Shown in pieces: positions 28,113 through 41,493 of a stretch of 64,000 nt of DNA; the first letter of the stretch is position 1; the number at the start of each line of letters is the position of its first letter. Origin of the DNA: Mytilus edulis (taxonomy: Eukaryota); contig NC_092353.1 in the NCBI RefSeq assembly GCF_963676685.1, positions 26,555,690 to 26,619,689 on the forward strand, in the 5' to 3' direction. Under the pieces are notes generated by a model that searched no databases, had not been told where the DNA came from, and was given only the letters and a program-made list of their open reading frames with translations. Position numbers and translations under genes: made by a program.

Positions 28113-29882
28113 AATATAAACATACTAATACATGTACATGTATACAGTGATTCTTTTTTTTAACTTCAAAGAAAATAAAATGGTCTACGGCAAACGTAGG
28201 ATAAGTGACTCTTGATTAGCTAGTTTCACTTTTTTTTTCAGGGTTTGGGACTTTTGCAACCAAAAAAAAGTTTAAATTTATACAAGGCAACAAGTTTTGT
28301 CAATGCTCATAGTTGATAATTACAAAGTCTTTCTATACTTTCATTAATCAATAGCTAAATGAACATTTTTATCAAATTTATCAGACAAGTTTAATCCAAT
28401 TAATAATGGAAGACATTTGTGACTAGGAAAAGATAAGCTATTTAAGGACAAATTATGGATAAAAAAATCTGGATGGAACAGACATAATAACCATTGTGAC
28501 CCTCTGTCTTAACAACGCTAAACAAAGTAGGAAGGCGTTTATTTATTGTACCATATTAAAAAAATATATAGACATACTTTTTTAGAATTTATGACTATCC
28601 CTATTACTTCTATAAATGTCAACTCCTGTAAAACTCCAAAAGAACTTACATACCTTTGTAATTACAATACAATGTAACCTTAAAGATATTGATATATAAA
28701 ACCGGATATCAACAATGTTAAATGTCATATGCGTTGAGACAATTATCAATATTTTTGAGAGCATACTTTTCAATGAAGCTACTCTTAATCCTTATCAGCC
28801 ATCTACCCAGCCGACCATACGACACTATCAAGTATCATCATATTCAAATTTAATTGGGCTGAAAAATATACATTGTTCACAAAATTTGATAAAGAGACAT
28901 CTAAAGTGTTATCCGTGTAGATTATCAATGTGAAATATGATACTAAGACAAATATTTTAGTTATTCAGTAAAGTCAGGGTCATATTACGATAAACTTACA
29001 ATGTATTGATGCCTTAAATGTTTACTGTTCATCAAATTACAAGAAGATAGTTTAGTTTCAGCTTCAGTGAATTTTGTTTAAAGTAAAATTATCAACTTTT
29101 ATGGTCATTGAATAAAAACGCATATCTCTAGTGTCATAAATTTCACGGTACAATGTCTGATGAAGGTCATCTTTGAAATAAATCTAAATCTAAACATGTA
29201 GGGTTTACCCAATACTTTTCAGATTCACAATTCATTCCTACTTTATTGGATTTAAGGGGATTCAACATTTGATTTTGATTGTGGACACTGACTAATTTGC
29301 AGTTTTTTTTCTCAATTAAATCAAAGCTGCAAAATAATTGGCAGTCTTAAAAAGGTTATGGATGGGGAACCTTCACAAACCTGTGTTAACACTCCATATT
29401 TCTTCATGAACCTGTCTCAAGTCAGTAGCCTCTTATTCAATGGTTGTCATTCAGGTTGCTGTCTGCTTGATTTTCTTTTATTGTTTTTCAGTAATTCAGA
29501 ATAAGTTTTCTTATTTGAATTGTTTCATATTCTTTCATGTTCAAGGTTCTTATAGTTATACAGCATAGGTAATGCTCAATTTGCAGGCTTTAAAGCCTAT
29601 AGCTGCTTACATCCATGCCATTTATGGTCGAAATTTGTGTCATTGGCAATCATACCTCACTTATTTATTTTTACATTCTATAATGCCTTTCAGTACTTTA
29701 CCTTAACAACGAGGGATGGAAAACAGCATCAGAAGCCAAGTGGTTGCTAAAGTTAACATTGCCTTTTAGACAAGTGAGCTAAAAAAGAAATTTGAAAAAA
29801 GTTACAGGTAACAAAACCCAAATTACTCGTATAACCTTGATCCAGGTGAGAGTGATCTTTTCTCTTTTACTACAGTACATTA

Positions 29883-30061
29883 ATGTCGACAATAAAGACA
29901 ACAACACTCATGTTTTTACCACATAGTATCTGTTTATTGGGTCTACATGTTTCGCCTAGTAGATAGGCATCATCAGGTCTATCGATTAGGCGAAACATGT
30001 AGACCCAATAAACAGATACTATGTGGTAAAAACATGAGTGTTGTTGTCTTTATTGTCGACA
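29883..30061. repeat. Long near-perfect palindrome (two ~80-bp perfect arms), flanked by a direct repeat ttttac(ta)cagtacattaat at 29863-29882 and 30150-30168
   Basis: atgtcgacaataaagacaacaacactcatgtttttaccacatagtatctgtttattgggtctacatgtttcgcctag is mirrored exactly by its reverse complement. Confidence 0.85.
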
Positions 30062-32499
30062 TATTCATTTTTTTCAAGATGACTGGGAATACCTAGCGGT
30101 ATCCACTCGTTTTTACCCTACCGCATGATCACCACTTCAGGTGTTTGTTCACTTATATTTTTACAGTACATTAATATCAGAACAGAATAGCTAATCTCTA
30201 ATATGAACAGTTTATATGTTTTACACTGGAGATTTTATAGTGATCTTCTAATGTTAGAACAGTTTATTTATTTCAAACTTGGTAAGAAAACCAGAAAAAA
30301 AAAATAACTATGTTCTTCTATAAGAAATAGAAGGAAATATCTAATAATAATGTGGAAGGAAATTATAAATCTTAAAGCTTCAAAGAGAATGTTTCTGAAT
30401 CTATTTAATGCTTTACTGTTGTGTAAACAAAATTCCCTATATAGGTCACTTTTAAAATAAAATCTTTCCTGTTTATGCAATAACAATCACCATGCATTCA
30501 CTGTCAGAATGTGTAAATAGCATTAGCTATGCTGCAATATAGTATTCAAGAACTATTAATCCAATTAATTCACTACATCTATTATAATACATGCATTTTC
30601 AATAATTCATACACACATACCTTATGCTAATTAGTTGCAGGATTTCAAATTCCATTCTGCAGCAGATCTTGCCATTCAAAAAACCACTGGCATCGTTTTT
30701 CTAATGTACAGATTTAGATGAGTCATCTCTTTAACAACTGACAGTAAAAGATCATTTTAGATGCTCTTCACTAAAACTCATTCCAGCTTTCACTATACAC
30801 ATGTGCAAAACTGTAAAACAAATCTGTATTCATTTTATTTTGCTATTTTCACAAGTTTAATGGCTTTTCTGATTTATAAAGTGATTTAAATCTCTACAAA
30901 AAATCTACTCCTCCTCATGGCAGTATGATGTTATGCAAGTTCTTATATATATGATTAATAACTTCATATCTTGTGAATTTTATTAGAAAATTTGTTGCTT
31001 TTCATATTTTTTTTTATACAACATGAATCATATGTTAAAAAAAACTTCTTTTATTTTGTTTCATTGAATAACCATGGCTTTGATTGATTTATTAAAATTT
31101 GGTTGATTACATGTCCAGTGGCAAATATTTCATGCATATTCATCAAGATAAGAACACGTGTAAATTAGTTAATGACAGGAAACTTGTACTGAGCCATATC
31201 CACATCATTTGAACTCTGCAAATATTACATCAGTAGAAATCATACCACATCTTATCAACATATATATACAATGCCACAAGATAATTGGTAAAAGTCAATT
31301 AACCAGGAAGAAAACACTGTAAAAATTGGAAGGTTTCAAAAACTCAACCGAGAGAAGAGGTAGATATCATTTATGGTGCCACTAAAATCTTGTATATGAT
31401 CTGTTGGTTTGGGTAAGAAACTTTTACTATAATCATAATCCGACATTGATCAATCTTATTAAAGAAAAGAATAAAAACAAAAAAGCAACAGAAGATACCA
31501 CAACAAAATTCAATATGTTGAAGAGAAACTAACCATGACATGGCAAAAAAATAGAAAAAGACGAACAAGTCCACAAAACACTACTGTGGTACATTCAAAC
31601 TAGAGCAACATGAAACACACAAAAAAACAAACAGGGATTGCAAGACAATTTAAAAAGTATATGTTAAGAAAGATTGAAATAGTGAATAGAATTGCTTTTA
31701 ACTAATTTATTAGGTTTGAACATTGGTAAAATAGGCCAGGATATGATGGCATGAAGACAATGTAATGGTTTTAATGTCCAGCAGCAAGTTAATTAAGGCA
31801 TATTATACTGGACGAGAACACATTTAACCAATGTGACTTTTTATCCTGCACTGTTCTAGACCAACCTGCTGAGGCAGATCTTTAAAGTGCTTGTTTACAA
31901 GATAACAGTCAGCAGGTAGACTTATCACCCTATGCAGACATATTATTCTGACTCTGAGCTGACCAGTCTTTGTTCTTATACTGTATGTTTAGTTTATATA
32001 TAGAAGCAGCAAATACCACTTTAAGGTCTTTGGTTTTATATTTGGTAATTACTTCAATGACATTAAGGAGCAATAGCAAGTGAAATGAAGAGCACTTAAC
32101 TTTACTAAAAGTCTAATACACACAGTCTCTTATTGTAGTCATGGAGCAGATCCAGGATTTTGAAAAAAGGGGTTGGTACCAACTAGCACTAAAATTTTGG
32201 GATTTGGTCGTCTGAAAAGTATGTGAATTTACTATATATGCAGCATCATAAAAGGGTGGTGGCTATACAAAGAGAAATTGTAAAATGCAACTATTTTGAC
32301 CTTGTAATCCCAAAAGTACCAACTAAGAGGGTTGTCAAGTATGTTGTTTGCAACTTTACTTCAATAAATAAATGTATCTATTGGCAGGATATCAATCAAT
32401 TATCCTAAAGCTGTCATGCATATGTCAATACAATGTATAAAATTCAATATCTCATCAGGAGGAATAAGTTATCAAACTAACAAAAAATACCTAAACACA

Positions 32500-32645
32500 G
32501 TGGCGGATCCAGGGGGGGTTCCAGGGGTTGGAACCTCCCCTTTTTTTTGGCCGATCAATGCATTTGAATGGGGACATATAGTTGGAACCCCCCCTTTGTC
32601 CTGGGTTGGGAACCCCCCCTTTTCAAAATGGCTGGATCCGCCACT
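32500..32645. mobile_element. MITE (~146 bp) with 15-bp TIRs CAGTGGCGGATCCAG and an internal gggggttccaggggttgg / ggaaccccccc palindromic core
   Basis: The termini are exact reverse complements (cagtggcggatccag ... ctggatccgccactg). Confidence 0.75.
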
Positions 32646-33184
32646 GAAACATATATTATTAGGGATCTAAATTGACAACATAAGACTCATCTTAAAATAT
32701 CTATATATTTACCATTCCCATTTCCTAGCTGAAGGTTTGCAGCTTACTTCCAACACTTAGGCTTTCTCTACTAATAGCTGGAGTGTAAATGCTGAAATAT
32801 CACTGGTGTTTTTAAAGATCCATGACCATTAGGTCAAGGTCATATAAATTCTGTCAAACAGATACAGGAAGATGTGACATGAATACCTTACAATTATTTC
32901 ATATACCAAATATAACTAAACTATTATAATGCTTATAGTAATTGAAGAGCAGACTAAAACACAAAAAATTGAAAATGAGCTAAAGTTCACATGATACCTG
33001 CCAGACAGACATGTACGCCTCATAAGTATACCATAAACCAAACATAGCTGATCTATTGCTATTAATATTGGACCATTGAGCCAAATAAATGAGGAAAAGG
33101 TTATGTGATATCTGGCAGAGAGACACGTTCCTCTTGCTATCATTCAAAACATAACATATAGTTGACCTATTGAATAAAGTACTT

Positions 33185-33410
33185 TAACAAAAATGCGTCC
33201 TAAGTACATGGATGCCCCACTCGCACTATCATTTTTCATGTTCAATGGACTGTGAAATTTGGTAAAAAATATAATTTGGCCTTAAAATTAGAAAGATTAT
33301 ACCATATAGGGAACATGTGTACTAAGTTTCAAGTTGATTGGATTTCAACTTCATCAAAGACTATCTTGACCAAAAACTTTAACACAAGAGTGGGCATGCT
33401 GAAATGTCTC
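33185..33410 (+). mobile_element. SINE-like family A copy (3'-truncated), inserted in the 155-bp tandem array
   Basis: Shares ..gatgcccnactcgcactatcatttt..gtactaagtttcaagttgattgga..catcaaa.actaccttgac.aaaaactttaac. Confidence 0.7.
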
Positions 33411-34374
33411 GCCTTCTATACTAATCATTGATATTATGTTGATGGTCCTAAGTATAAAGCTAAGATTTATTACAACTATCACATAAACAGAACATTAACC
33501 AAGATAACTAAACAAAGACCAATGAACCTTGAAAATGAGGTCAAGGTCAGATGAACCATGCCAGGCAGACATGTACAGCTAACAATGCTTCTATACAACA
33601 TATATAGTTGACCTTTTACTTATAGTTTAAGAAAAATAGACCAAAACACAAAAACTTAACACTGTGCAATGAACCGTGAAAATGAGGTCATGGTAAAAAA
33701 AAACCTGCACGACTGACATAAAGATCATAAATTATTTCCATACACCAAATATAGTTGACCTATGGCATATAGAATTAGATAAAAGGACCAAAACTCAAAA
33801 ACTTAACTTTGACCACTGAACCATGAAAATGAGGTCAAGGTCACATGACATCTGCCCGCTAGACATGTACACCTTACAATCATTCCATACAACAAATATT
33901 GTAGACCTATTGCATATAGTATGAGAAAAACAGACCAAAACACAAAAATTTAACTATAACCACTGAACCATGAAAATGAGGTCAAGGTCAGATGACACCT
34001 GCCAGTTGGACTTGTACACCTTACAGTCCGTCCATACACCGAATATACTAGCCCTATTGCTTATAGTATCTAAAATATGGACTTGACCACCAAAACTTAA
34101 CCTTGTTCACTGATCCATGAAATTAGGTTGAGGTCAAGTGAAAACTGTCTGACAGACATGAGGACCTTGCAAGGTACGCACTTATCCAATATAGTTATCC
34201 TATTACTTATAATAAGAGAGAATTCAACATTACAAAAAATCTTAACTTTTTTTTCAAGTGGATACTGAACCATGAAAATGAGGTCAAGGACATTGGACAT
34301 GTGACTGACGGAAACTTCGTAACATGAGGCATCTATATACAAAGTATGAAGCATCCAGGTCTTCCACCTTCTAA

Positions 34375-34575
34375 AATATAAAGCTTTTAAGAAGTTAGCT
34401 AACGCCGCCGCTGCCGGATCACTATCCCTATGTCGAGCTTTCTGCAACAAAAGTTGCAGGCTCGACAATAACATGAAGTGGGGCGAACGGAGGAACGCAA
34501 GGACGGACGGATGAACGAACGGAGGCGAAGACCAGAAAACATAATGCCCCTCTACTATCGTAGGTGGGGCATAAA
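34375..34575 (+). mobile_element. SINE-like family A 3' end fragment (GC-rich variant with two hairpins), inserted in the 155-bp tandem array
   Basis: The 3' end reads ggacggacggatgaacgaacgg...agaaaacataatgcccctctactatcgtaggtggggcat. It also carries the hairpin gtcgagctttctgcaacaaaagttgcaggctcgac. Confidence 0.6.
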
Positions 34576-36506
34576 AAACAAACCAAAACAAAATAACTTT
34601 ACATTGACCAATGAACCATGAATATGAGGGCAAGGTCAGCTTAACCCTGACAGATCGACATGAAGATGTTGCAAGGAACCCATATACCAAATATAGTTAT
34701 CATATTACTTATAAGTGAGATCCACCTTCCTCAACCAATACAAACTGGCCATCACGAAATATCCTTAATGTGGGGCTTAAAAGTGGCATTAAAACAATAA
34801 CAATATTATTAATCAATCATAAATGAGAAATTCACATTACAAAAAAACTGTATTTTTTTCAAGCAGTTATTTCAAAATAAACATTTAGAGGATCCTATGA
34901 TCTGGTATTACTCAACTGGTAAAAATATGATTCTAGTATTTGGATATTTGGTTTGCTTGTACTCTTATCTGTTATAGACCTTATTTACTTCCATTAATGT
35001 AGATCGTGTATGTAAAATAGACCAATACACTAAGTGACATTAATAAGTCAAAAACATTGTTTTTGTCATTTAATATCAACTTATTTGTAGATATCAATTT
35101 GATAAACTTTTTGCCATTTAATCATGTTAATGTTTCTCTCTGAGGGCATTTATCATATTTTCTGCAAAAAATTAAAAAAAATATTGGCAAAAATTGTCTT
35201 TCAAGGGCAATAACTCATATAAGAGCTTACAAAAAATTGTCAATTTCAGTCATGTTAACTTCTTTGTAGGTCTAACTTTGGTTTACATATTTGACATTTA
35301 TGAGTACCTAACATAAGTTCTGCAAAATCTAACATTTTTGGTTCAAGGGCAATAACTCCCATAAAAGATCAGTTGAAGATTGGTCATGAAAGCCAATTTA
35401 TTAGCTTTTACTTTGTTGAATAGTAGTGCCACTATAAGTTTTTCTCTATCATACTCTTTGCAAAAAACTTTGAAAATTTAAATTAATTAAAAATGTGTTT
35501 CATGAACAATATAACTCCTATAAGAAATCAATAAACAGTTTTGGTCATCTGACTTATTTGTATATGTCTTAAAACATAAAATATGCTATATTTATTCATT
35601 GCAATATCAATATATCAATATCAAAATTTCCCCTTATATTCTGCAGTATTGACACTTTTTTCTTGCAATTAATTCATAATTCAAAAATTTGATAATTTTA
35701 AGGTTTTTTTCACTCCTTTAAATCTTGAGACATGACCAGTTGTGGTCTCAGACCTAATAGGATAGAAAAAGTTGACCAATCTTAATAAAACTTGGTATGA
35801 CTAAAGCTTTATAAATTATAACACTGCTTACAATGTATCATAACAATAGGAGATATATTATAGACAGTATGTTAAATTCTATACTCAACTTTGCGTGTTA
35901 AATTTTGACGTTAAAATTGAAAAATTTCAACTATCAACACTTGGGGCATTAAAAATTAAAATATTGCAAAAATATACTTTTTAAGTGCTTAAATATATCA
36001 ATTATCATGTACTAAATGCAATAGAGTACTCATTTGATTTGTCAGACTTAGCATAATTATTCAAAAGTAAAATTTATATGAGCCTGCACCTAAAAATTGA
36101 GGTTTTTCAATGAAGGGGGGCATTACATGAAGATGTAATATTTTCCAGCAATTTAAAATTTGTGAAGCTTTTTGGTTATAAATAATCCTTACATATGTAT
36201 TGAATGTACTTTAAATGGAAAGAAAAGTTACAAATAACATATCATATTAGTATAAATGGTCTTAGGCCAAGTAAGACTACAAATAATTTAGGGTCAATTT
36301 AGGCCGTGCCACATATTGACATTAAAAAATGCATATTGAGGCTATATGAAGAAATAAAAAATTGTGTCTTTTTTATCATTTCTATACTCATGTGACATGA
36401 TACAACAAATCTGAGCACAAAAAGACTCTTGCATTTAACTTTTCTTGCAGACAGTATGGTCTGATACAAAGTTTTTTGCCTTTTTAGTGAAAAACTTGTA
36501 TGCAAT

Positions 36507-39500
36507 TTTCACGGTGGGTATGGTTGTCCTGCGAGAGAATGTTCTGTGCTGGTGATTCGGTCCTGACGGGTGCTGGTGATCATTGAAAAAATGTAAACAA
36601 AGACGAAAATGATGATTTTTGACGTTTTCTCTCATAAAAAATGGAAGGAAACAGTTGAGATTTTTCAATTTTGTTTTTTATGGGTTTATAAGCAAACCAT
36701 TAAAAAATTGACCCTCTAAACTGTTTCAGTAAGCGTAGCACAAAAGGGCACATTTTCAGAAAATCTGGAACTGGAAAAATAAAACAAAAATGCTCATGAA
36801 ATCCGCTTTGTATACTCAAATCCAAAAGACAAAATTATTTTGTGAAAAACCCGTGCAATTTAAGAAAATTTTGCACTTTCTCAGTTTATTTATGTCCTGA
36901 TACTGTGCTGGTGGGTCCTTATACGGTGCTGGTGATTTTGTGTAAAAGGTTTGTCATATTTGAAACAAATGTTACAAAATCAATAAAATTTGGCTGATAA
37001 TTGTATTCAATCGGATCTGTGACTCCTTTTTTCACTTTAGTGCATCCATTTGGCTGTTTTATAAGCGTTTTCAAATAATAGTAACTCATATTACATAAAT
37101 GAGCAACATCTTCCGTCCAATATCAGATGAAAATATATCTAATTAGAATAGTTTTATTCAAGATATTAAATGCCCTTCAATTGATGATTCTTTACATAAT
37201 ATGTTAATTTAAACGGTTTTAAAAGGTGCTTAAAGTAAAGCGACATTTATAAGAGGGGGTCTTATATTGACATTAAGGTTTGACTGGTTTATTCAGTTAA
37301 ATATGCGTTCCACACACCGCTCGCAACTCCATCAAACCAACCCCTCCTCCTTTCCTCATTCATTGGTCAGTGGTGTAACAACACAAAAATTTATCACATA
37401 AAACAATAACATTAAGGGACAAATTATTGAACAACGCATACTCGCAGCTACTGTGAATTTCAAAGCTATTTCAAAGCCGCATTTTCAACTAACACCGGTA
37501 GATAAACCAAGTTATCTTAGATAAAAATCTCACTCGTACCGATCAAAAAGTTCATGTTTTAATGTTTGATAAAGCAGAACTTTGAAAGTGTGCAGTGAAT
37601 CTTGTGCTCACAACAGTTATTTCATAACTATGTATAAATCAGACATCTTAATTGAGAAGATACCGAGAAGTATTTCACAGTTAATGATCATGAAGGGGTA
37701 GAGATTGCATGGAAGTTAAACTAGGATAAGAAAAAAAATATAGTATGTTCTGGCGAAAGACTTGGCGGACAGTTATCTCATTGGCAATCGTAAGCACATC
37801 TTTTTTTTTATATTTAAATAAAATGTTTATGGAGTTTGATTTACTTTTAAGATTCAACCCTGGTGAGCCATGTTAATTGTCGGTATGCTGTTGCACCCAT
37901 CGCACGTAAATTTTCATATTTCCATCCTTTTTTCTGATAAATATTTCCACGTGACAGGATTTTTTGTCCCAGTAACCGGTGTTACCCATGTATATATTAA
38001 GTTAAAAAAATAAACAATACTATACTTATGTGTGTGTCAATTTGTTTAGGTAAAACAAAACTACAAAAACTTCGAAAACAAGAGAGATTTTTTTTTAAAT
38101 GTCATGACTATCTGTCGATTTCTAGAGCTATGCTTAGTATTAACTTCAGATGACAGCTAGGGACTTCACATACTGGTGACCATGCTATCTTTCATAATTA
38201 TATTCATATACATATATAAACTGAGACTACTATAACACAGTATCGGATATCAATTCATCGGATAATGTGAGTCTCCTTATAGTTAGCTACGTTATTTTAA
38301 CCTAGTTTCGTATTAAACCGTAGCATACGACATATATCACTACCTTATAACTCAGACAACTATAACACTGAGACTACTATAACACACTGTGTTTTTGAAA
38401 TTAAAAGCACATTTAACAAAACCGATTTCTGTAGGTGCAAACAAGTATAAATTCAACTGAGAAAAAAAAACTTACACGAAAAGATGAAATATTGATTTTG
38501 ATTTGCATATCTGATCCTTCTTCCCCATCCAGCAAAAGCTCTTTTTTTTGGGGGGGGGGGGGGGGGAGTAAAAATGGGCAATCATTTTATCGCATTCTAC
38601 TTCCAAGGCGTGTTTGAACTGATTGTTTTGTCCTGAAAACACATAAATAAAAAATGTTTAATATATCTGGCTTTAGTTTCGATTTATAAAAAATATATAC
38701 AAAGGTTACATGTTAATGTTATAATACTAAGAATTCACTGTATCAAAAAATGAAACAAATGCATGAAGTGAAATACCTCAGTAACGAGTCATTACTACAG
38801 AGAAGGTGTGTTTGGAACACAAAACTTAAAAGCCTCGCGATATTACCAATATTTATTTCTAGACTGGTATTTTTTTCCGTTCACTCGTTTTTCACTCAAT
38901 TTTAATTAAAATTATAAAAAATCTTTGACAACAGACTTTCTTTTGGGATTATAAAATGCAAAACTTAAAAAATCTTATTTTTGTTAGTGTTATCTAGGTT
39001 ATATCGTCTTCATTTTCTGACAAATTCAGACGTCCCTCTTACTCTGCCCCCCCCCCCCCCCAAAAAAAAACCATTAAAAAACATTAAAAAAAAAACGCAA
39101 TACTATAATAGACTAGTCATCCTTTAGTCAGCACTAACTTGTTTACAAAGAAATCTGATTGTAGCTGCTGAAGACACACGATTCTAACGTACAGAAACAA
39201 GGCTGAGTTTCATTTGGTTGAATAAAAAGAAAAGTATCTACAGTATCATACAAATTTGTCAGAGAAACAATATTCAGGATGTTTAAATTACACTGAATTC
39301 ATTATCCAAACTCATCTAAGAAGTGTTCAGGCTCACCTGAGTCTGATTGTTTGCATTGCTCAACTTTGTTTATTTTTGATTCGTACAAAACATGTTAAAT
39401 CCCCAAGAATTTTAGCGCCCGGTCCAAGTCAGGCGACTCTTGGATTTGTAAGTCTTGTATGTCTGTTTTGTTTATAATTTCATTACATTAAAATGTTGAT

Positions 39501-39989
39501 AACCGATAACATCTGTTTAAATCATTTTAAATAAGAAAAACAGAAAACAGTCAATTCAAAAATTATGGGTTCTTTTTTCATAATTGCAGTAAACAGATTC
39601 ACAATAATGTCAATTTTAAGAACACAGATAACAACTAATTAGTCAATTACAGTTAAGCATCAACGATCTTGAATAATTGCCACTTTTGACTAAAATATAA
39701 AGGCACAGAACCAGGACATTGGAGCACAGAACCAGGACCGTTTTTCTTATCACCAGCACAGCGTCAGGACAATTTCATTTAACGAACTTGCACGACTTTT
39801 GCAATAAAATATTGTTGTAATATACTTTGCATGGTACTTATGACGTATCAGAGAAAAATTAAGCGACAAAACAGTCGTTTTATTATCGTTCTGATACAAT
39901 GTAAATAAACCCACCAGCACAGAATCAGGACCCACCAGCACCCGTCAGGACCGAATCACCAGCACAGAACGTTCTCTCGCAGGACAACC
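36507..39989. mobile_element. Large (~3.5 kb) non-autonomous TIR element, CACTA/EnSpm-like: ~70-bp near-perfect terminal inverted repeats beginning CACGGTGGG, and subterminal GTGCTGGTG-type repeats
   Basis: 36507-36578 is the reverse complement of 39918-39989. Subterminal repeats are at 36895-36945 and 39700-39770. A possible 5-bp flank ATTTT lies on both sides. There is no long ORF inside. Confidence 0.6.
38550..38566. repeat. G17 homopolymer. It is opposed by a C15 homopolymer at 39047-39061 about 480 bp away, both inside the CACTA-like element.
   Basis: Counted directly; the flanking sequences are unique. Confidence 0.9.
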
Positions 39990-40377
39990 ATACCCACCGT
40001 GATTTTAGTCTCAACAGGCTTATATTTGAACCACTTACTATTCTACAGATGAAAATAAAGATATTATGTGAAATGAAACAGGTACAATAGACATTGTAAA
40101 GTGCTTTTTATACAAATTTAGTGAGGTTTATTTGATGGACTTCAACTTTTAAGTACCAAGCTCTCCACTTTTGACTTCTTCCAAACAGGCGTTAGACAAG
40201 GGTCATTTATACAACACATTTTGCACATATTGTCTGAGATAACCTTCTTTTCTGTAGATTCAGAGTTCATAAATAAGTAATAGAACTCCTTTAGTTTCAT
40301 GCTATTTGACAAATTATCACCATCAAATAATTTAGGGAAGTTGCTAAGGTACAGATTCTATATTTACAGATTTCACC

Positions 40378-40840
40378 TCTTAGGTCTGAGACCACAATTA
40401 ATTTGTAGTGCATTTCTTTTAGAACATAAATGAAAATTAAAAAAATCCCACCTGCGCTTTCTCAATGAAATTTTTACAGTGTGTTGTACTACTTTTGGGA
40501 CAAATTATATCAAAATTATAGAAAACTTCATCAGCTCTAACTCAAAATATGGACAATTTTATGTTTAGGGCACCTTGAAATCTTTTGAAAGCTCCCAAAA
40601 TACTAATTTTTAACCTTTTTCAGCTGGACCAAATCACTATACTTTCCTTTAAAATTCTGGACCCAAATTTTTTTACAGTGTAATTTCACCCCCCCCCCCC
40701 CTACTTCCAATTTGAGGCATAAAACATGGAGAAATAAATTTGGAAGGGGTATAAAAATATTGGCAAGTAACCCACTGTCAACACTATAGGGACTATATTC
40801 GTGAACAACGAAAATCAAGGGACGACAATTGTGGTCTCGG
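40378..40840. mobile_element. Candidate TIR element (~460 bp) bounded by ggtctgagaccacaatt / caattgtggtctcggacc and containing a C13 tract. A related terminus is at 35741-35765.
   Basis: The inverted ends are visible; the internal sequence is unique. Confidence 0.4.
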
Positions 40841-41060
40841 ACCATGATAAAATCAAATAAGCAACATATCGGGTGCAGTCATGTTAATTTTTAAGTGTTT
40901 CTTCTAAAAGTTGTTCTTGGTTTCCACATCTGCCAAAGCAATCCTTGCACAAGTCATTATGAAAAATTTGCACCTCAGACAACACCAGTCTGTGTCCACA
41001 CTTTTCTTTAAAATTTAATAAATGTTTCTTGATATATATTTGATCAATCCTTTTCAGAAT

Positions 41061-41303
41061 AGGAAACTAAGGGACGACATCAAAAGTTCAATGAAGGATA
41101 AAAAACTTAATTCACATAGTTTTTTCACTGACCCCCACACCCCCCCTCTTAACTTAATTTGGGAAAAATTGATTGACCAATAGGGATATATGTAAAATCG
41201 ATTTTAGATTAACAAAACTTGCAGCCATGTTGACCCCCCCACCCCCAAACTATTTGATTTAAGTTTTTTATCCTACATCGATCTTTTGATGTCGTCCCTA
41301 ATG
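41061..41303. mobile_element. MITE (~235 bp) with ~45-bp TIRs (taagggacgacatcaaaag..ggataaaaaacttaa), located 190 bp downstream of the TRIM-like gene
   Basis: The left arm 41061-41110 is the reverse complement of the right arm 41257-41303. Confidence 0.7.
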
Positions 41304-41453
41304 AGTAATGTTCTTGAGGAGTCAAAATAACATCCAAATCAATTCCAAATTAATGTTGATATATATACATGTATGTTTTTTTAAATATTATTTTTTTGTC
41401 ATTTCACACACTATAATTATATATAGCAGATATATTATCAAAATCAAAAATCA

Positions 41454-41459
41454 TTTATT
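41454..41459 (-). terminator. Candidate AATAAA polyadenylation signal about 35 nt downstream of the TRIM-like stop codon
   Basis: The plus-strand tttatt at 41454-41459 reads AATAAA on the minus strand. Confidence 0.3.
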
Positions 41460-41493
41460 CAAAATTAATTCAGTTTTACACAGTTTTAGATCA

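Larger units (their letters stand above)
32810..34880. repeat. Tandem array of ~155-bp units (about 12 copies), each containing the (a)tgaggtcaaggtca core. The array is interrupted by two SINE-family insertions.
   Basis: Motifs such as aaaacttaac..tgaaccatgaaaatgaggtcaaggtca..gacatgtacacc..tacaacaaatat..cctattgcatatagt..agaccaaaacacaaaaa recur at ~155-bp intervals. The 197-aa minus-strand ORF at 34097-34690 lies entirely inside the array. Confidence 0.85.

Noticed and set aside
34097-34690. 197-aa minus-strand ORF
   Set aside because: It lies entirely within the ~155-bp tandem array and the GC-rich SINE fragment, has low-complexity composition and shows no domain signature.
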